From the IMG/VR virus record IMGVR_UViG_3300023184_009648, positions 22,321 through 86,320 of that record: a stretch of 64,000 nucleotides of DNA; one strand, 5' to 3'. This document shows, one piece after another, positions 38,904 through 48,350 of this stretch. The position numbers were made by a program, and so were the translations under genes. How positions within the stretch are numbered: the stretch's first letter is position 1; every line of letters begins with the position of its first letter. The notes under the pieces were generated by a model, which saw only the letters and a program-made list of their open reading frames with translations, did not search any database and was not told the DNA's origin. Source of the DNA: a virus.

Positions 38904-40064
38904 ATGGCTGATGATAATTTCCGTGTAAGAAAACCCGGTCAAGATGTTGGAAACACCAACCCCGATACTTTGGCTCAAGGTGAAACAGTTCGTGCTCAAG
39001 TTAACGAAGGTTCTACTCCACAATTTTCCGAAGGTGGATCACCCAGTGGAACTTTTCCCATGACTGGTCAGGTTCCTCCTGCATTTCAACAAGCTTTAAA
39101 TGCAGCCCGTGCAGCAAGTGATCCCAATTTTCAACCACAACAACCTAAACAAGGTTTTGGGCAAATGAATCCTAGCTCCCAAGTAAATCCCAATGCTCAA
39201 ATGAGCGCAAGTGGAATTGGACAATCTCCTGCCTTTACTAACACTCCTCAAAATCTAAGTTCCTCTGGACATTTACGAGAACTGTTGGAAACTTTAAAGG
39301 GCAACAATGCCACTTATGAAGAGATCCAATTGCCTTCTAAGGGTCGATTTTACAATGGTGAAGACGGACCTGCAGATGGAGTTGTGGCCATTAGGCCTAT
39401 GACCGGCGAAGAAGAACAAATTTTGGCTACGCCTCGTTTTGTCCGCAAAGGACAAGCAATCAATATGATTTTTCAAAAATGTCTTAGGGAAAATTATCGC
39501 CCAGATTCTCTTCTCACTGTAGATAGAACTTATTTGCTTATTTACCTTCGTGGTATTAGTTACAGCACTAATTATGATGTAGAAATCAAATGCCCAGAGT
39601 GTGAAAAGAAATTTAGCACTAGCATCGATTTAAGTTCGCTTTATGTCGAATCTTGTCCTGATGACTATGGTCCTGTGCTTCAAGATGTTTTACCAACTAC
39701 CAAGCTGCCTTTCCGCTATAAACTTTCTACCGGCAAGGACGAACAAGATATTCAAGATCATCGTGATCGTCGAATCAAGGCTTTTGGAGATGCATCGGCT
39801 GATGATACACTTCTTTACCGCACCGCAGTAATGTTAGTTGATATTGATGGCATCAATAACAAAAATGAAATTCAAATTCTGCTCAAGAGTTTGCCAATTA
39901 ACGATGTGGCCTATATTCGCAACTGCATTACTGAACCTCCTTTTGGAGTTGATACGAATATAGAAATTGTCTGCCCAAGTTGTTTACAGGAGTTCGAAAT
40001 GGATTTGCCACTTGAAGCAAATTTTTTCTTCCCTCGGCGGAAGAAGGGCAAGACCCAAGCTTAG
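38904..40064 (+). CDS. T4 gp26-like baseplate hub / tail assembly chaperone
   Basis: LPSKG, IRPMTGEEE, LRGISY, CPEC, CPSC and ...NFFFP C-terminus. Confidence 0.85.
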   Translation: MADDNFRVRKPGQDVGNTNPDTLAQGETVRAQVNEGSTPQFSEGGSPSGTFPMTGQVPPAFQQALNAARAASDPNFQPQQPKQGFGQMNPSSQVNPNAQMSASGIGQSPAFTNTPQNLSSSGHLRELLETLKGNNATYEEIQLPSKGRFYNGEDGPADGVVAIRPMTGEEEQILATPRFVRKGQAINMIFQKCLRENYRPDSLLTVDRTYLLIYLRGISYSTNYDVEIKCPECEKKFSTSIDLSSLYVESCPDDYGPVLQDVLPTTKLPFRYKLSTGKDEQDIQDHRDRRIKAFGDASADDTLLYRTAVMLVDIDGINNKNEIQILLKSLPINDVAYIRNCITEPPFGVDTNIEIVCPSCLQEFEMDLPLEANFFFPRRKKGKTQA

Positions 40065-40252
40065 CGCTTTGGACATCTCTCGCCGAAGAAATTTTCTTCT
40101 TCCAATATCACATGGGGCTAGAAATGTCTGGCTCCATGAGACTGCCAATTAGGATGAGACGCTGGTTAATCGATAGATTTATTCAGCAAAAAGAAAACGA
40201 AAACAAAGCAATGGAAGCTGAGCAACGAAAAGCCAAATCAAGGTCTAGATAA
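40016..40252 (+). CDS. gp51-like ORF in the -1 frame, probably expressed as a frameshift extension of the gp26-like protein
   Basis: ...EEIFFFQYHMG...LPIRMRRWLIDRFIQQKENEN; open from 40016; no start codon before the conserved segment. Confidence 0.7.
   Translation, partial: SKFFLPSAEEGQDPSLALWTSLAEEIFFFQYHMGLEMSGSMRLPIRMRRWLIDRFIQQKENENKAMEAEQRKAKSRSR
40019..40086 (+). promoter_or_regulatory. putative -1 programmed frameshift site
   Basis: Overlapping heptamers A_AAT_TTT and T_TTT_TTC; 7-bp stem 40034-40040/40080-40086 starting 5 nt downstream. Confidence 0.65.
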
Positions 40253-40255
40253 TCT

Positions 40256-40996
40256 ATGGTAAAAGAAAGAACGCAAAATCCGACTTGTGGCGACACCATC
40301 AATTTAAGGCTGTTTACTTATAACAGCAATAATAAAAGAGATGTACAGTCGATTAGTGATGTAAAAATTTACTTCATTGATGAATCTCTCAGAACTACTC
40401 ACAATCCTGAGGGATTGCATTTGATGCAAACTATAGATGGAACTGAAATAATTAAAGATGGCACAGGCCAATATAGAGTTCCACTTTATCTTGATTCAAA
40501 TCTTTACAAGATTGGCACATACAGAGATGTATGGAGTGTAGTTTTTGAGGATGGAGAATGCCCTAGTGCATCCATTCACAACAACTTTCAAATATATAGT
40601 GACTTGTGGTTTACTACTCCAACACCACCAATTTATGACTTCAAATTTGACTTTCGCCCCAACCGTATCAGGAAGGGCACTAAGCGATATATACTAATCA
40701 GTGTTACTCCCAATGTTCCACGAGGGGCTGATATCTACCCTTATTATGAATCCCTAACCGTTGTTTCTGAGCTTAGAGTGTCTATGGAATTAGCGTGCGG
40801 GGATTGTGTGCCTGCTGAAGCCGATTTGCGTGTTGTAGTAGATAGGCAACTCGTGGAATATAGGGAAAAAAGTTATGGTTATTTCTATTTAGACACAACT
40901 CTTTATGACGAAGGCATTTATAACATCTGGTTCGAAGTAGCCTTTGGAGAAAGCGTTTTTGTTTCAGAAAAGAACGCTTTGCAAATTTTCAGCTAA
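40256..40996 (+). CDS. putative baseplate/virion protein with Ig-like domains
   Basis: GTGQY...GTYRDVW and GIYNIWF beta-sandwich motifs; genomic context. Confidence 0.55.
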   Translation: MVKERTQNPTCGDTINLRLFTYNSNNKRDVQSISDVKIYFIDESLRTTHNPEGLHLMQTIDGTEIIKDGTGQYRVPLYLDSNLYKIGTYRDVWSVVFEDGECPSASIHNNFQIYSDLWFTTPTPPIYDFKFDFRPNRIRKGTKRYILISVTPNVPRGADIYPYYESLTVVSELRVSMELACGDCVPAEADLRVVVDRQLVEYREKSYGYFYLDTTLYDEGIYNIWFEVAFGESVFVSEKNALQIFS

Positions 40997-41001
40997 TCAA
41001 G

Positions 41002-41030
41002 TTTACGAATTGTATAAGAAGTGGTAAGAT
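41002..41030 (+). promoter_or_regulatory. sigma70-type (T4 early-like) promoter
   Basis: (G)TTTACG-17 nt-TAAGAT with extended -10 TG. Confidence 0.6.
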
Positions 41031-41199
41031 TCTTCGTTGGCATCAAAGGGAAAATCATTAGAAAATCCCTAGTTGCCGTTGCCAATCAACGAAGTCGTCA
41101 AAAATTTTTTTATTTTTTCAGACTGATCTTGAATGTCCTGCGATGGTCTATTGTCAGTAAGGGTTTGCTGACAATTATCAAACAAAAGGAGCTTATACA

Positions 41200-42858
41200 A
41201 TGTCTAGTGTTTTCAATGCTAAGTTAGATTTTTGGGTCAAAAATAATCAAAATGTACTTTTTATTGGCCGACATGGAGTTGGAAAAACTGCCATTGTTAA
41301 AGAAACATTTGAACGCCATGGTTTGAAGTGGAAATATTTTTCTGCGTCCACCATGGATCCTTGGGTCGATTTTGTTGGTGTACCTCGTGAAAAAACTGAG
41401 GATCAAATCCCCGAACAGTTTAATATTATCAAAGAACTAGGTCGTATCAATCAAAATTTGGCTATTGATTGGGTTGTCAATAATTGGCACATGCCTCAAG
41501 ATCAAGCAACTGTAGTAGTGCATCATGCACTTAATCGTCAAGAAGGCGTAACACACCTTGATATTGTACGCCCGTTTAGTTTTGCAACAGGCGAAGTAGA
41601 AGCTTTGTTTTTTGATGAATTTAATCGTAGTCCTAAAAAGATTAGAAATGCTGTAATGGAACTGATCCAGTTCAAATCTATCAATGGGCACAAATTCCCC
41701 AAACTTAAAATGGTTTGGGCTGCCATCAATCCTGATGAAGAAATGGATGGCGGTTCATTGAATTATGATGTAGAAAAATTCGACCCTGCTCAATTTGACC
41801 GCTTTCATGTGCCTGTAGCCATGCAATACAAATGTGATGCCGAATGGTTTCGTGCAACCTATGGACAGCGTCTTGCTGATAGTGCTATTGGCTGGTGGGA
41901 TGAGCTTAACGATGAAGAAAAAGCTAAAGTCTCTCCTCGTCGTCTTTCCTACGCTCTTGATGTTTTCAAGGCCCATGGAGACCTTCGTGATATCCTTCCC
42001 ATTAGCTGCAATGTTAGCAAATTAAACACAGCACTTAATCAAGGACCAATTACTGAACGCATGGAAGAACTTTTGACAAAGAAAGATCGTGAAGGAGCAA
42101 AAAAGTTCCTTGAAAATGAGAATAATTTTGCAAGTGCCATGAAGCACATTCCTCAATCAGCTACTTTAATGGAATTCTTCATGCCTCTCATGAGTAAAGA
42201 AAAATTGGCATCCATGATGGATATCAACGAAAAATTAGGGTCTTACATAATCTCTAACATAGATAGCGTAGAGGCATTCCACTCTGTCTGTAAAGAAGTT
42301 ATGATGGCGAACTTAAATCCTCGCCTAGTTAAGAAGATTCGTCGTGCACTAACTGAGGATAGCAACTTAGCAACTGCTTTTCAACAAGGCCCGAATAAAA
42401 AGGCAACAGTTACACGAAGTCCTGCTCCTGCGACTTACAGTAAAAGCAAAGGAGACTATAATGTTGAACTTGTTTCATTGCAAAAAAGTCCTGTTGACAC
42501 AGAACCTCAACGAGCAACAGTATTCAAAAATATATTGAATACAATTCCTAAGAAAATTGATAGCAATCAAGCATGGTCTACGCTTGAATTATTGGATAAG
42601 TTAGTTGTGCAAACATCAAACATGATCAATCCAGCAGAAAGATCAAGTTGGGAATTTGGATCTATTTTGCATAGTCCAGTATTTAATGGAAAGTTCATGG
42701 GACTTGTTAATCACTGCTTGCAAGCTATTCATGCAGAAAACGACTCTACAGTTGAACAGATATTCAAAACAGAGCGTAACGGAATCTTAAAAGGGTTATT
42801 GACTAAAATTACTGTAGCTGGACTCGAAGATCAATTGCCCAACGAAAACTTTAAGTAA
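41200..42858 (+). CDS. MoxR/dynein-related AAA+ ATPase
   Basis: Walker A GRHGVGKT, Walker B LFFDEFNR, AAINP and DPAQFDRF. Confidence 0.88.
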   Translation: MSSVFNAKLDFWVKNNQNVLFIGRHGVGKTAIVKETFERHGLKWKYFSASTMDPWVDFVGVPREKTEDQIPEQFNIIKELGRINQNLAIDWVVNNWHMPQDQATVVVHHALNRQEGVTHLDIVRPFSFATGEVEALFFDEFNRSPKKIRNAVMELIQFKSINGHKFPKLKMVWAAINPDEEMDGGSLNYDVEKFDPAQFDRFHVPVAMQYKCDAEWFRATYGQRLADSAIGWWDELNDEEKAKVSPRRLSYALDVFKAHGDLRDILPISCNVSKLNTALNQGPITERMEELLTKKDREGAKKFLENENNFASAMKHIPQSATLMEFFMPLMSKEKLASMMDINEKLGSYIISNIDSVEAFHSVCKEVMMANLNPRLVKKIRRALTEDSNLATAFQQGPNKKATVTRSPAPATYSKSKGDYNVELVSLQKSPVDTEPQRATVFKNILNTIPKKIDSNQAWSTLELLDKLVVQTSNMINPAERSSWEFGSILHSPVFNGKFMGLVNHCLQAIHAENDSTVEQIFKTERNGILKGLLTKITVAGLEDQLPNENFK

Positions 42859-42889
42859 TTTAATATACAATCTAACCTATCATCGGTAA

Positions 42890-42921
42890 GATCAGGGGTC
42901 AAACGATCCCTGATCGTTTTT
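42890..42921 (+). terminator. stem-loop/terminator between the AAA and vWA genes
   Basis: GATCAGGGGTC-AAAC-GATCCCTGATC followed by GTTTTT. Confidence 0.6.
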
Positions 42922-42934
42922 ATAAGGATGAATC

Positions 42935-44278
42935 ATGAGCTTAAATACAAATTTTTCTGTTGCTGAATCACCCAAGCACAAAGTGCGCATCACTAATGAA
43001 GAGTGGTTTGAAATTTCTCGTGCCTTGGAAGAACATCATGCTGTTTTCTACAAAGTTTGGCAAATGGGGAAGCCCATATTTGATGAATCTATTCCTACTG
43101 CTTGTGTTCAATTTGATGAACATGGCAATTTTATTATGTTTCGATTTAATCCTGAATTTTGGCAACGCCTTGATTTAAAAAACAAGCTTTGGGTAATTTG
43201 CCATGAAGCCTTGCATATTGTTTTAAATCACGGTATCCGAGCCAAAGATGCAGGCATGAATTCCAAAGCAGCTAATGTTGCCATGGACATTGTTGTCAAT
43301 CATTCTCTGAGTCGCAATTTTGGTTTTGATCGTGATGATGTTGATAACTGGGAAGAATATTGTTGGGTTGACACCATTTTTAAAGATAAAGATCCTTTAC
43401 CTCCAAACAATGAAATGTTTGAATATTATTACAATTTGTTTGAAAAAACCTATGGAGATGGTGGTCCCGGTGATGGCAGCAACAATGGCCCTCGTACCGT
43501 AGATGATCATACTGGCATGGGTGAACAATCTGGCGATTGGGGCAAAGTCATTGACCAAATCAATGAATCACTTACTGCTGAAGAAAAAGAATCTTTAAAA
43601 AGCACAATTCAAAAGCACTTCCAAAAGGAAGGTAAGCCAAATGAAGTTGAAAAAAATTCACCAGCAGGTTGTGGCACAGGAGGTCAATGGACTTTTGTTA
43701 CAGTTCCTCCCCGCAAAATAAAGCAGAAGTGGGAGACGGTAATTAAAAAGTGGGCTCGTAAATATCTGAATTTTAAAGACAAGGATGTAGAACAATGGGC
43801 TCGTATCAACCGTCGTTTTGTAATGTTGCCTAGAGACATGATTCTTCCAAGTGAAATGGAATTTGAAGATTATGATTTTGATAAAACAAAAATTGATGTT
43901 TGGTTTTATCTTGATACTTCAGGATCATGTTGGGATTTGAAAGATCGTTTTTTTACCGCAGCTGGAACTTTACCTCCAGAAAGGTTTAATGTTCGCCTTT
44001 TTTGCTTTGATACACAGGTTCAGGAAACAACCTTGGAAAGTAAAAAGGTTTATGGCGGAGGCGGAACTTGCTTTTACATTATAGAAGAGCAAATTCAAGC
44101 GACTACTTCAAAAGAAAATTGCAAATATCCTGAGGCAGTTTTCATTATTACGGATGGGTGTGGAAGCAATGTTAATCCTCAACATCCTGATCGTTGGCAT
44201 TGGTTTATTAGCGAGGGTGGAACTGAGAACTATTTGCCCAAAGACTCTCATCGCTATAAGCTAAAGGATTATGAATAA
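42935..44278 (+). CDS. metallopeptidase-vWA protein (DUF2201-like)
   Basis: HEALH, NVAMDIVVN, MIDAS DTSGS, GGGGT and IITDG motifs. Confidence 0.88.
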   Translation: MSLNTNFSVAESPKHKVRITNEEWFEISRALEEHHAVFYKVWQMGKPIFDESIPTACVQFDEHGNFIMFRFNPEFWQRLDLKNKLWVICHEALHIVLNHGIRAKDAGMNSKAANVAMDIVVNHSLSRNFGFDRDDVDNWEEYCWVDTIFKDKDPLPPNNEMFEYYYNLFEKTYGDGGPGDGSNNGPRTVDDHTGMGEQSGDWGKVIDQINESLTAEEKESLKSTIQKHFQKEGKPNEVEKNSPAGCGTGGQWTFVTVPPRKIKQKWETVIKKWARKYLNFKDKDVEQWARINRRFVMLPRDMILPSEMEFEDYDFDKTKIDVWFYLDTSGSCWDLKDRFFTAAGTLPPERFNVRLFCFDTQVQETTLESKKVYGGGGTCFYIIEEQIQATTSKENCKYPEAVFIITDGCGSNVNPQHPDRWHWFISEGGTENYLPKDSHRYKLKDYE

Positions 44279-44283
44279 AAATT

Positions 44284-44307
44284 GATCCCTCGAAAGAGGG
44301 ATCTTTT
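44284..44307. terminator. intrinsic terminator with GAAA tetraloop
   Basis: GATCCCTC-GAAA-GAGGGATC-TTTT between convergent genes. Confidence 0.8.
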
Positions 44308-44318
44308 CATTAAGCTTT

Positions 44319-44861
44319 TTATTTTTGCAACATAAAAAAAGAATCTTCAAGCTTTAAGAGATGCTCCAGTGCTATACCTGTCCATTTGCCATATTTGATT
44401 GAATATTTGAATTCACAACCTTGAAGGTCGGTTGTTAAAAGAAAGGCTAGCCAAGGCTTTCTTGTGCGTTTCCAACAAAGCATAGGCTTTCTGCCAGAAC
44501 GACGAGAATCAGCAAGTGCTTGATCCATAAAACTGTCTAATTCGCTATTTCCTCGAACAAAAACAGAATTGATATCAATTCCATCATATCCGCCCTTGCT
44601 TTCTATGGTAAATTTAAAGCCTTCAGGCACAACTAAATCACCACTATAAACTTGTTTGGCTTGTTCGGAAAGTTGAACTTTTTGACCCCATCGATTACCA
44701 GAACCAACACTTCTACTAAAACCTTTGCCAAAACGAGATGTTAATAGTTTAGACAATTCAAGCTCTACTCGATTGCCCTTTTTCTTTCCATTAACTTTGG
44801 ATTTTTTAGGTTTTAAATCATCCATGATAAAATCATCTGCATTTTCAAAATTATTGCTCAT
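44319..44861 (-). CDS. PD-(D/E)xK Holliday junction resolvase
   Basis: KKKGNRVELE, RSVGSG and GDL...IESK motifs. Confidence 0.8.
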   Translation of the reverse strand: MSNNFENADDFIMDDLKPKKSKVNGKKKGNRVELELSKLLTSRFGKGFSRSVGSGNRWGQKVQLSEQAKQVYSGDLVVPEGFKFTIESKGGYDGIDINSVFVRGNSELDSFMDQALADSRRSGRKPMLCWKRTRKPWLAFLLTTDLQGCEFKYSIKYGKWTGIALEHLLKLEDSFFMLQK

Positions 44862-44879
44862 GCCATAATAGAGTTACTA

Positions 44880-45992
44880 TTAGCGATTTATGATAGCACT
44901 AACACTTACCATATCTTGACGCATACGCTCTAAATCAACAAGTAAATTTTCATATTCATTTTTGCTTATAGATTGTTCATTAGCTAACTGCTCGCAATAT
45001 TGACGAATATTATTTACAACATCTATTATTTCATCACATTTTGAATTGACTAAATCAAGTCGCAATTCTTCAGTAGGTAATATCATTTCATTTTTAGGAT
45101 TTTTGGTTATTTGATCATTTTCGTTAAGATCTGATACGACTGTAAAATAAGGTTCATCTTTATTTAGTTTGTGATAAAGACCATCATATTCCCATATTTT
45201 TGTTTCTTTTTTATGAACTTCATAACGCTCAATATCACAGTTTTGAACTTGACTGCCTTGTAATTTAAAAGACCAAATCTGATGATGTGGAATTTCAATT
45301 ATTTTTTGACCACTAGTAAAATTACGAAGAACAGAGCATTCTGTAACAGCTTCTTCCCAAATTGATGGCTCAGAAAAGAAAAATATTTGGCCAAGTTTTT
45401 CTCTAACATCAGCCAACCAAATAGGTCGATGTTGATTGCGAAAAAGCCATAGGTTTCTTTGCCCATTTGGCAATCTTTCGCCAACACCTACAGCCATATG
45501 GCCTTCATTGATAAGACTCCAAACTTGCTTTATTCCATGAAGGCGATTTTCTCCTTCTCCTTCAATAATTCTCAATAAAATTTCTGAATCACAATCTGAT
45601 TTAGTTTCATATTTTTGTTTAAGAGGTCGATATTCACAATCATCAACTCGACCATTATGAATAAGTGCCAATGTTTTATCAGAACTGGTGAAAGGATGAT
45701 TGTTTTTATTGATTGCAGGTTCACCAACTCCTTTAGAAGCTCCACGAGCATGAACTAAAAGTAAATTTAATTTAAAAAATTCTACTGTTTTCCAAACTTC
45801 ATTTTTTATAAATTGCGATGAACGAATTGGCTCTTTGTGATAAATTACAGAACCTTCCGTTCCTGTTTCAGTACCCCAAAAACCTGTAGCATCAATGCCA
45901 CGATTTTCGCTTTTTTCAAACAATTTAGTGATTAGTTGATATGTTATTGCAGGATTTTTAGATTCCCCGACAAAACCAGCTATGCCACAAAT
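44880..45992 (-). CDS. class II (Ntn) glutamine amidotransferase; probable ATT start
   Basis: (ATT)-CGIAG N-terminus; RGIDATG, HARGAS, NNHPF, HNG and DSE motifs. Confidence 0.85.
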   Translation of the reverse strand: MCGIAGFVGESKNPAITYQLITKLFEKSENRGIDATGFWGTETGTEGSVIYHKEPIRSSQFIKNEVWKTVEFFKLNLLLVHARGASKGVGEPAINKNNHPFTSSDKTLALIHNGRVDDCEYRPLKQKYETKSDCDSEILLRIIEGEGENRLHGIKQVWSLINEGHMAVGVGERLPNGQRNLWLFRNQHRPIWLADVREKLGQIFFFSEPSIWEEAVTECSVLRNFTSGQKIIEIPHHQIWSFKLQGSQVQNCDIERYEVHKKETKIWEYDGLYHKLNKDEPYFTVVSDLNENDQITKNPKNEMILPTEELRLDLVNSKCDEIIDVVNNIRQYCEQLANEQSISKNEYENLLVDLERMRQDMVSVSAIINR

Positions 45993-46007
45993 AAAACACC
46001 CCCTACT

Positions 46008-46604
46008 CTAAAATGCATCCAAACCACCTGTATTACCGCCAAGAGGTGGTGCTGCCAAATCTTGACCTGTACTACCTGTAGGAGGCGTTGCTGTAGGCGT
46101 TGCATCAATATTTTGAGGTTGTTCTGGTGCTTTGCTTGATGCAACATTATTGCTTGAAGCTTCAGGTGAAGATTTCTGAATAGAATTTTGTGCCTTGTTA
46201 TTTTTTTCTGGGCCACCTACACCTTTATTATCATCAGAATTACTTTGAGACTTATCAGTTGGAGTCAATTTACTAATTGGAACTCCTAAATCTTCTACAA
46301 GTTTTTCTATCGTAGTAGAAACAGCCTGTATTGTTCCGGGTAAATCACTTTTCTTATCAATTGCCATCATTAAAGCTACAGCCGTTTTTTGAAGGGTAAC
46401 TAAATGAACTTTATCTTCTTTGGGCCAACTACTGTGTAGCACCCTGCGAATTTGATTTACAATTTGTTGAGAATATTGAGTTAAATCACGAGCTCCCATA
46501 TTTTGGGCGTCATCTCGCAATTCATGAAGAGCAGTAAGTATATCTCCTACTTTTTGAGCTAAGTAGGCCGATTCCTCTTGTAGCAAAAAATGTTTAAATC
46601 TCAT
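46008..46604 (-). CDS. hypothetical protein with capsid-targeting-like N-terminus
   Basis: MRFKHFLLQEE; ATAAATA 4 nt upstream. Confidence 0.7.
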   Translation of the reverse strand: MRFKHFLLQEESAYLAQKVGDILTALHELRDDAQNMGARDLTQYSQQIVNQIRRVLHSSWPKEDKVHLVTLQKTAVALMMAIDKKSDLPGTIQAVSTTIEKLVEDLGVPISKLTPTDKSQSNSDDNKGVGGPEKNNKAQNSIQKSSPEASSNNVASSKAPEQPQNIDATPTATPPTGSTGQDLAAPPLGGNTGGLDAF

Positions 46605-46611
46605 GTTTTAT

Positions 46612-48255
46612 TTATGTTTGCTGTGTATCAGTTATAGTGTTTTTTTGCATTTGAACTGCAGCTTTTATGAGTCCACTAAAAATAGGTGCAGCAGCCATCA
46701 ACCGGCTTTTAAATTCTGGATGAGCCTGTGTTCCAATAAAAAATGGATGGATTGAACGATCTAATTCCATAATTTCAATCAAACCTGTAAGTGTGTGAAT
46801 ACCACTTACTTTTAATCCCTTTTTAGAATATTGATCAACATATGAAGGATTTACTTCATATCGGTGTCTATGTCTTTCAGAAATAGTTTTGGAACAATAG
46901 ATTTCAAGTGCCAAACTATCCTTAGTTAATTCACAGTCATAGCCACCTAGTCGCATATTGGCAGACTTCTTTTTAAGATTTTCTTGCCCTGCCACAAAAT
47001 GAATAACAGGATGAATAGTTTCTTTATCAAACTCTAAACTATTTGCACCTGTCAAACCGCATACATGTCGAGCAAATTCCACAACCGCCATTTGTAAACC
47101 AAGACAAATTCCTAAGAATGGAATTTTCTTTTCCCTTACATATTGAATAGCTTTGATTTTTCCTTCAGTACCCCTATTATCAAAACCTCCGGGAACAATA
47201 ATGCCATGAAGATCATCAAAAAATTTATAAATACCTCGGTTATCTTTGTATTTTTCTAATTCTTCAGCTTTAATCCACCTAATATTAACTTTGGCATCAT
47301 TTGCAACACCAGCATGTGTCAAAGCCTCTTTTAGACTCATATATGCTTCATCACAATTATCGTATTTGCCAAAAATTCCAATATTGACTTCATTAGCTTG
47401 ATTACCAACATACTTCTCAACTACTTCTCGATATTTGTGAATACGACATGAACTTCGACCAAGGCGAAATAAATCTACAAAAAGGTCATCCACATGACGA
47501 TCATAAAACTCTAAAGGAACTTTATAAATTGTAGAAACATCAGGAGCTTCAAAAACACATTCTCGTTTTACATTTGTTAACTGAGCAACTTTATTCAAGA
47601 CTGGCTCAGGGATTTTACGGTCTCCACGACAAAATATGATATCGGGTTGCAAACCATGGCGTTGCAATTCTTTAACGGCATTTTGTAATGGCTTAGACTT
47701 AAATTCTTTTATGGTTTGAACCCAAAGAACTGGGGCAACCATTACGACCAATAAATCATCTTTTAATTTTTGCTTAAATTGACGAATTGCTTCAAAGAAA
47801 ACATAACTTTCATTATCGCCAACAGTTCCACCTATTTCAGCAATTACAATATCCTTATCTTTACCCAGATCAATTAGTCGATCAATAACTTTATCGGTTA
47901 AATGAGGGCTCATTTGGATTGTTTGGCCCAAATATTTACCCGATTCTTGCTCTTCGTTTAACTCTTTGTAAAGAGTTCCTGAGGTACAAATATTATTCTT
48001 AGACATACAAATACCGGCAATTCTTTCGTAATGTCCTAGATCAAGATCTGTTTCTGTGCCATCATCGCACAAGAAACATTCTCCATGCTCCCTAGGAGCA
48101 AGAATTCCAGCGTTTGTATTCAAGTATGGATCAAACTTAATGAGATCAATCCTGTGGCCTCGTTGCTTCAAAAGAAGGCCAATACTGGATGCTGAGACCC
48201 CTTTACCTGTACCTGAAATAACTCCACCAACCACTACAATGTATTTGCAAGACAT
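46612..48255 (-). CDS. pyrG: CTP synthase
   Basis: GGVISGTGKG, DLDLGHYER, GICLGLQ, ERHRHRYE and QAHPEF motifs. Confidence 0.97.
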   Translation of the reverse strand: MSCKYIVVVGGVISGTGKGVSASSIGLLLKQRGHRIDLIKFDPYLNTNAGILAPREHGECFLCDDGTETDLDLGHYERIAGICMSKNNICTSGTLYKELNEEQESGKYLGQTIQMSPHLTDKVIDRLIDLGKDKDIVIAEIGGTVGDNESYVFFEAIRQFKQKLKDDLLVVMVAPVLWVQTIKEFKSKPLQNAVKELQRHGLQPDIIFCRGDRKIPEPVLNKVAQLTNVKRECVFEAPDVSTIYKVPLEFYDRHVDDLFVDLFRLGRSSCRIHKYREVVEKYVGNQANEVNIGIFGKYDNCDEAYMSLKEALTHAGVANDAKVNIRWIKAEELEKYKDNRGIYKFFDDLHGIIVPGGFDNRGTEGKIKAIQYVREKKIPFLGICLGLQMAVVEFARHVCGLTGANSLEFDKETIHPVIHFVAGQENLKKKSANMRLGGYDCELTKDSLALEIYCSKTISERHRHRYEVNPSYVDQYSKKGLKVSGIHTLTGLIEIMELDRSIHPFFIGTQAHPEFKSRLMAAAPIFSGLIKAAVQMQKNTITDTQQT

Positions 48256-48350
48256 TAGCTATTCCGCCTTCAAAAATTGTTCCTTGGTAGTAGAGTATCC
48301 TTTATGCTTAACATAAAAAGAACAAAAAAACAAGGTAATTCAACAAGAAA

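Noticed and set aside
39967-40152. Track ORF of 61 aa overlapping the gp26-like end
   Set aside because: It is the +1 frame; the protein-like, gap-filling ORF is in the -1 frame (40016-40252)
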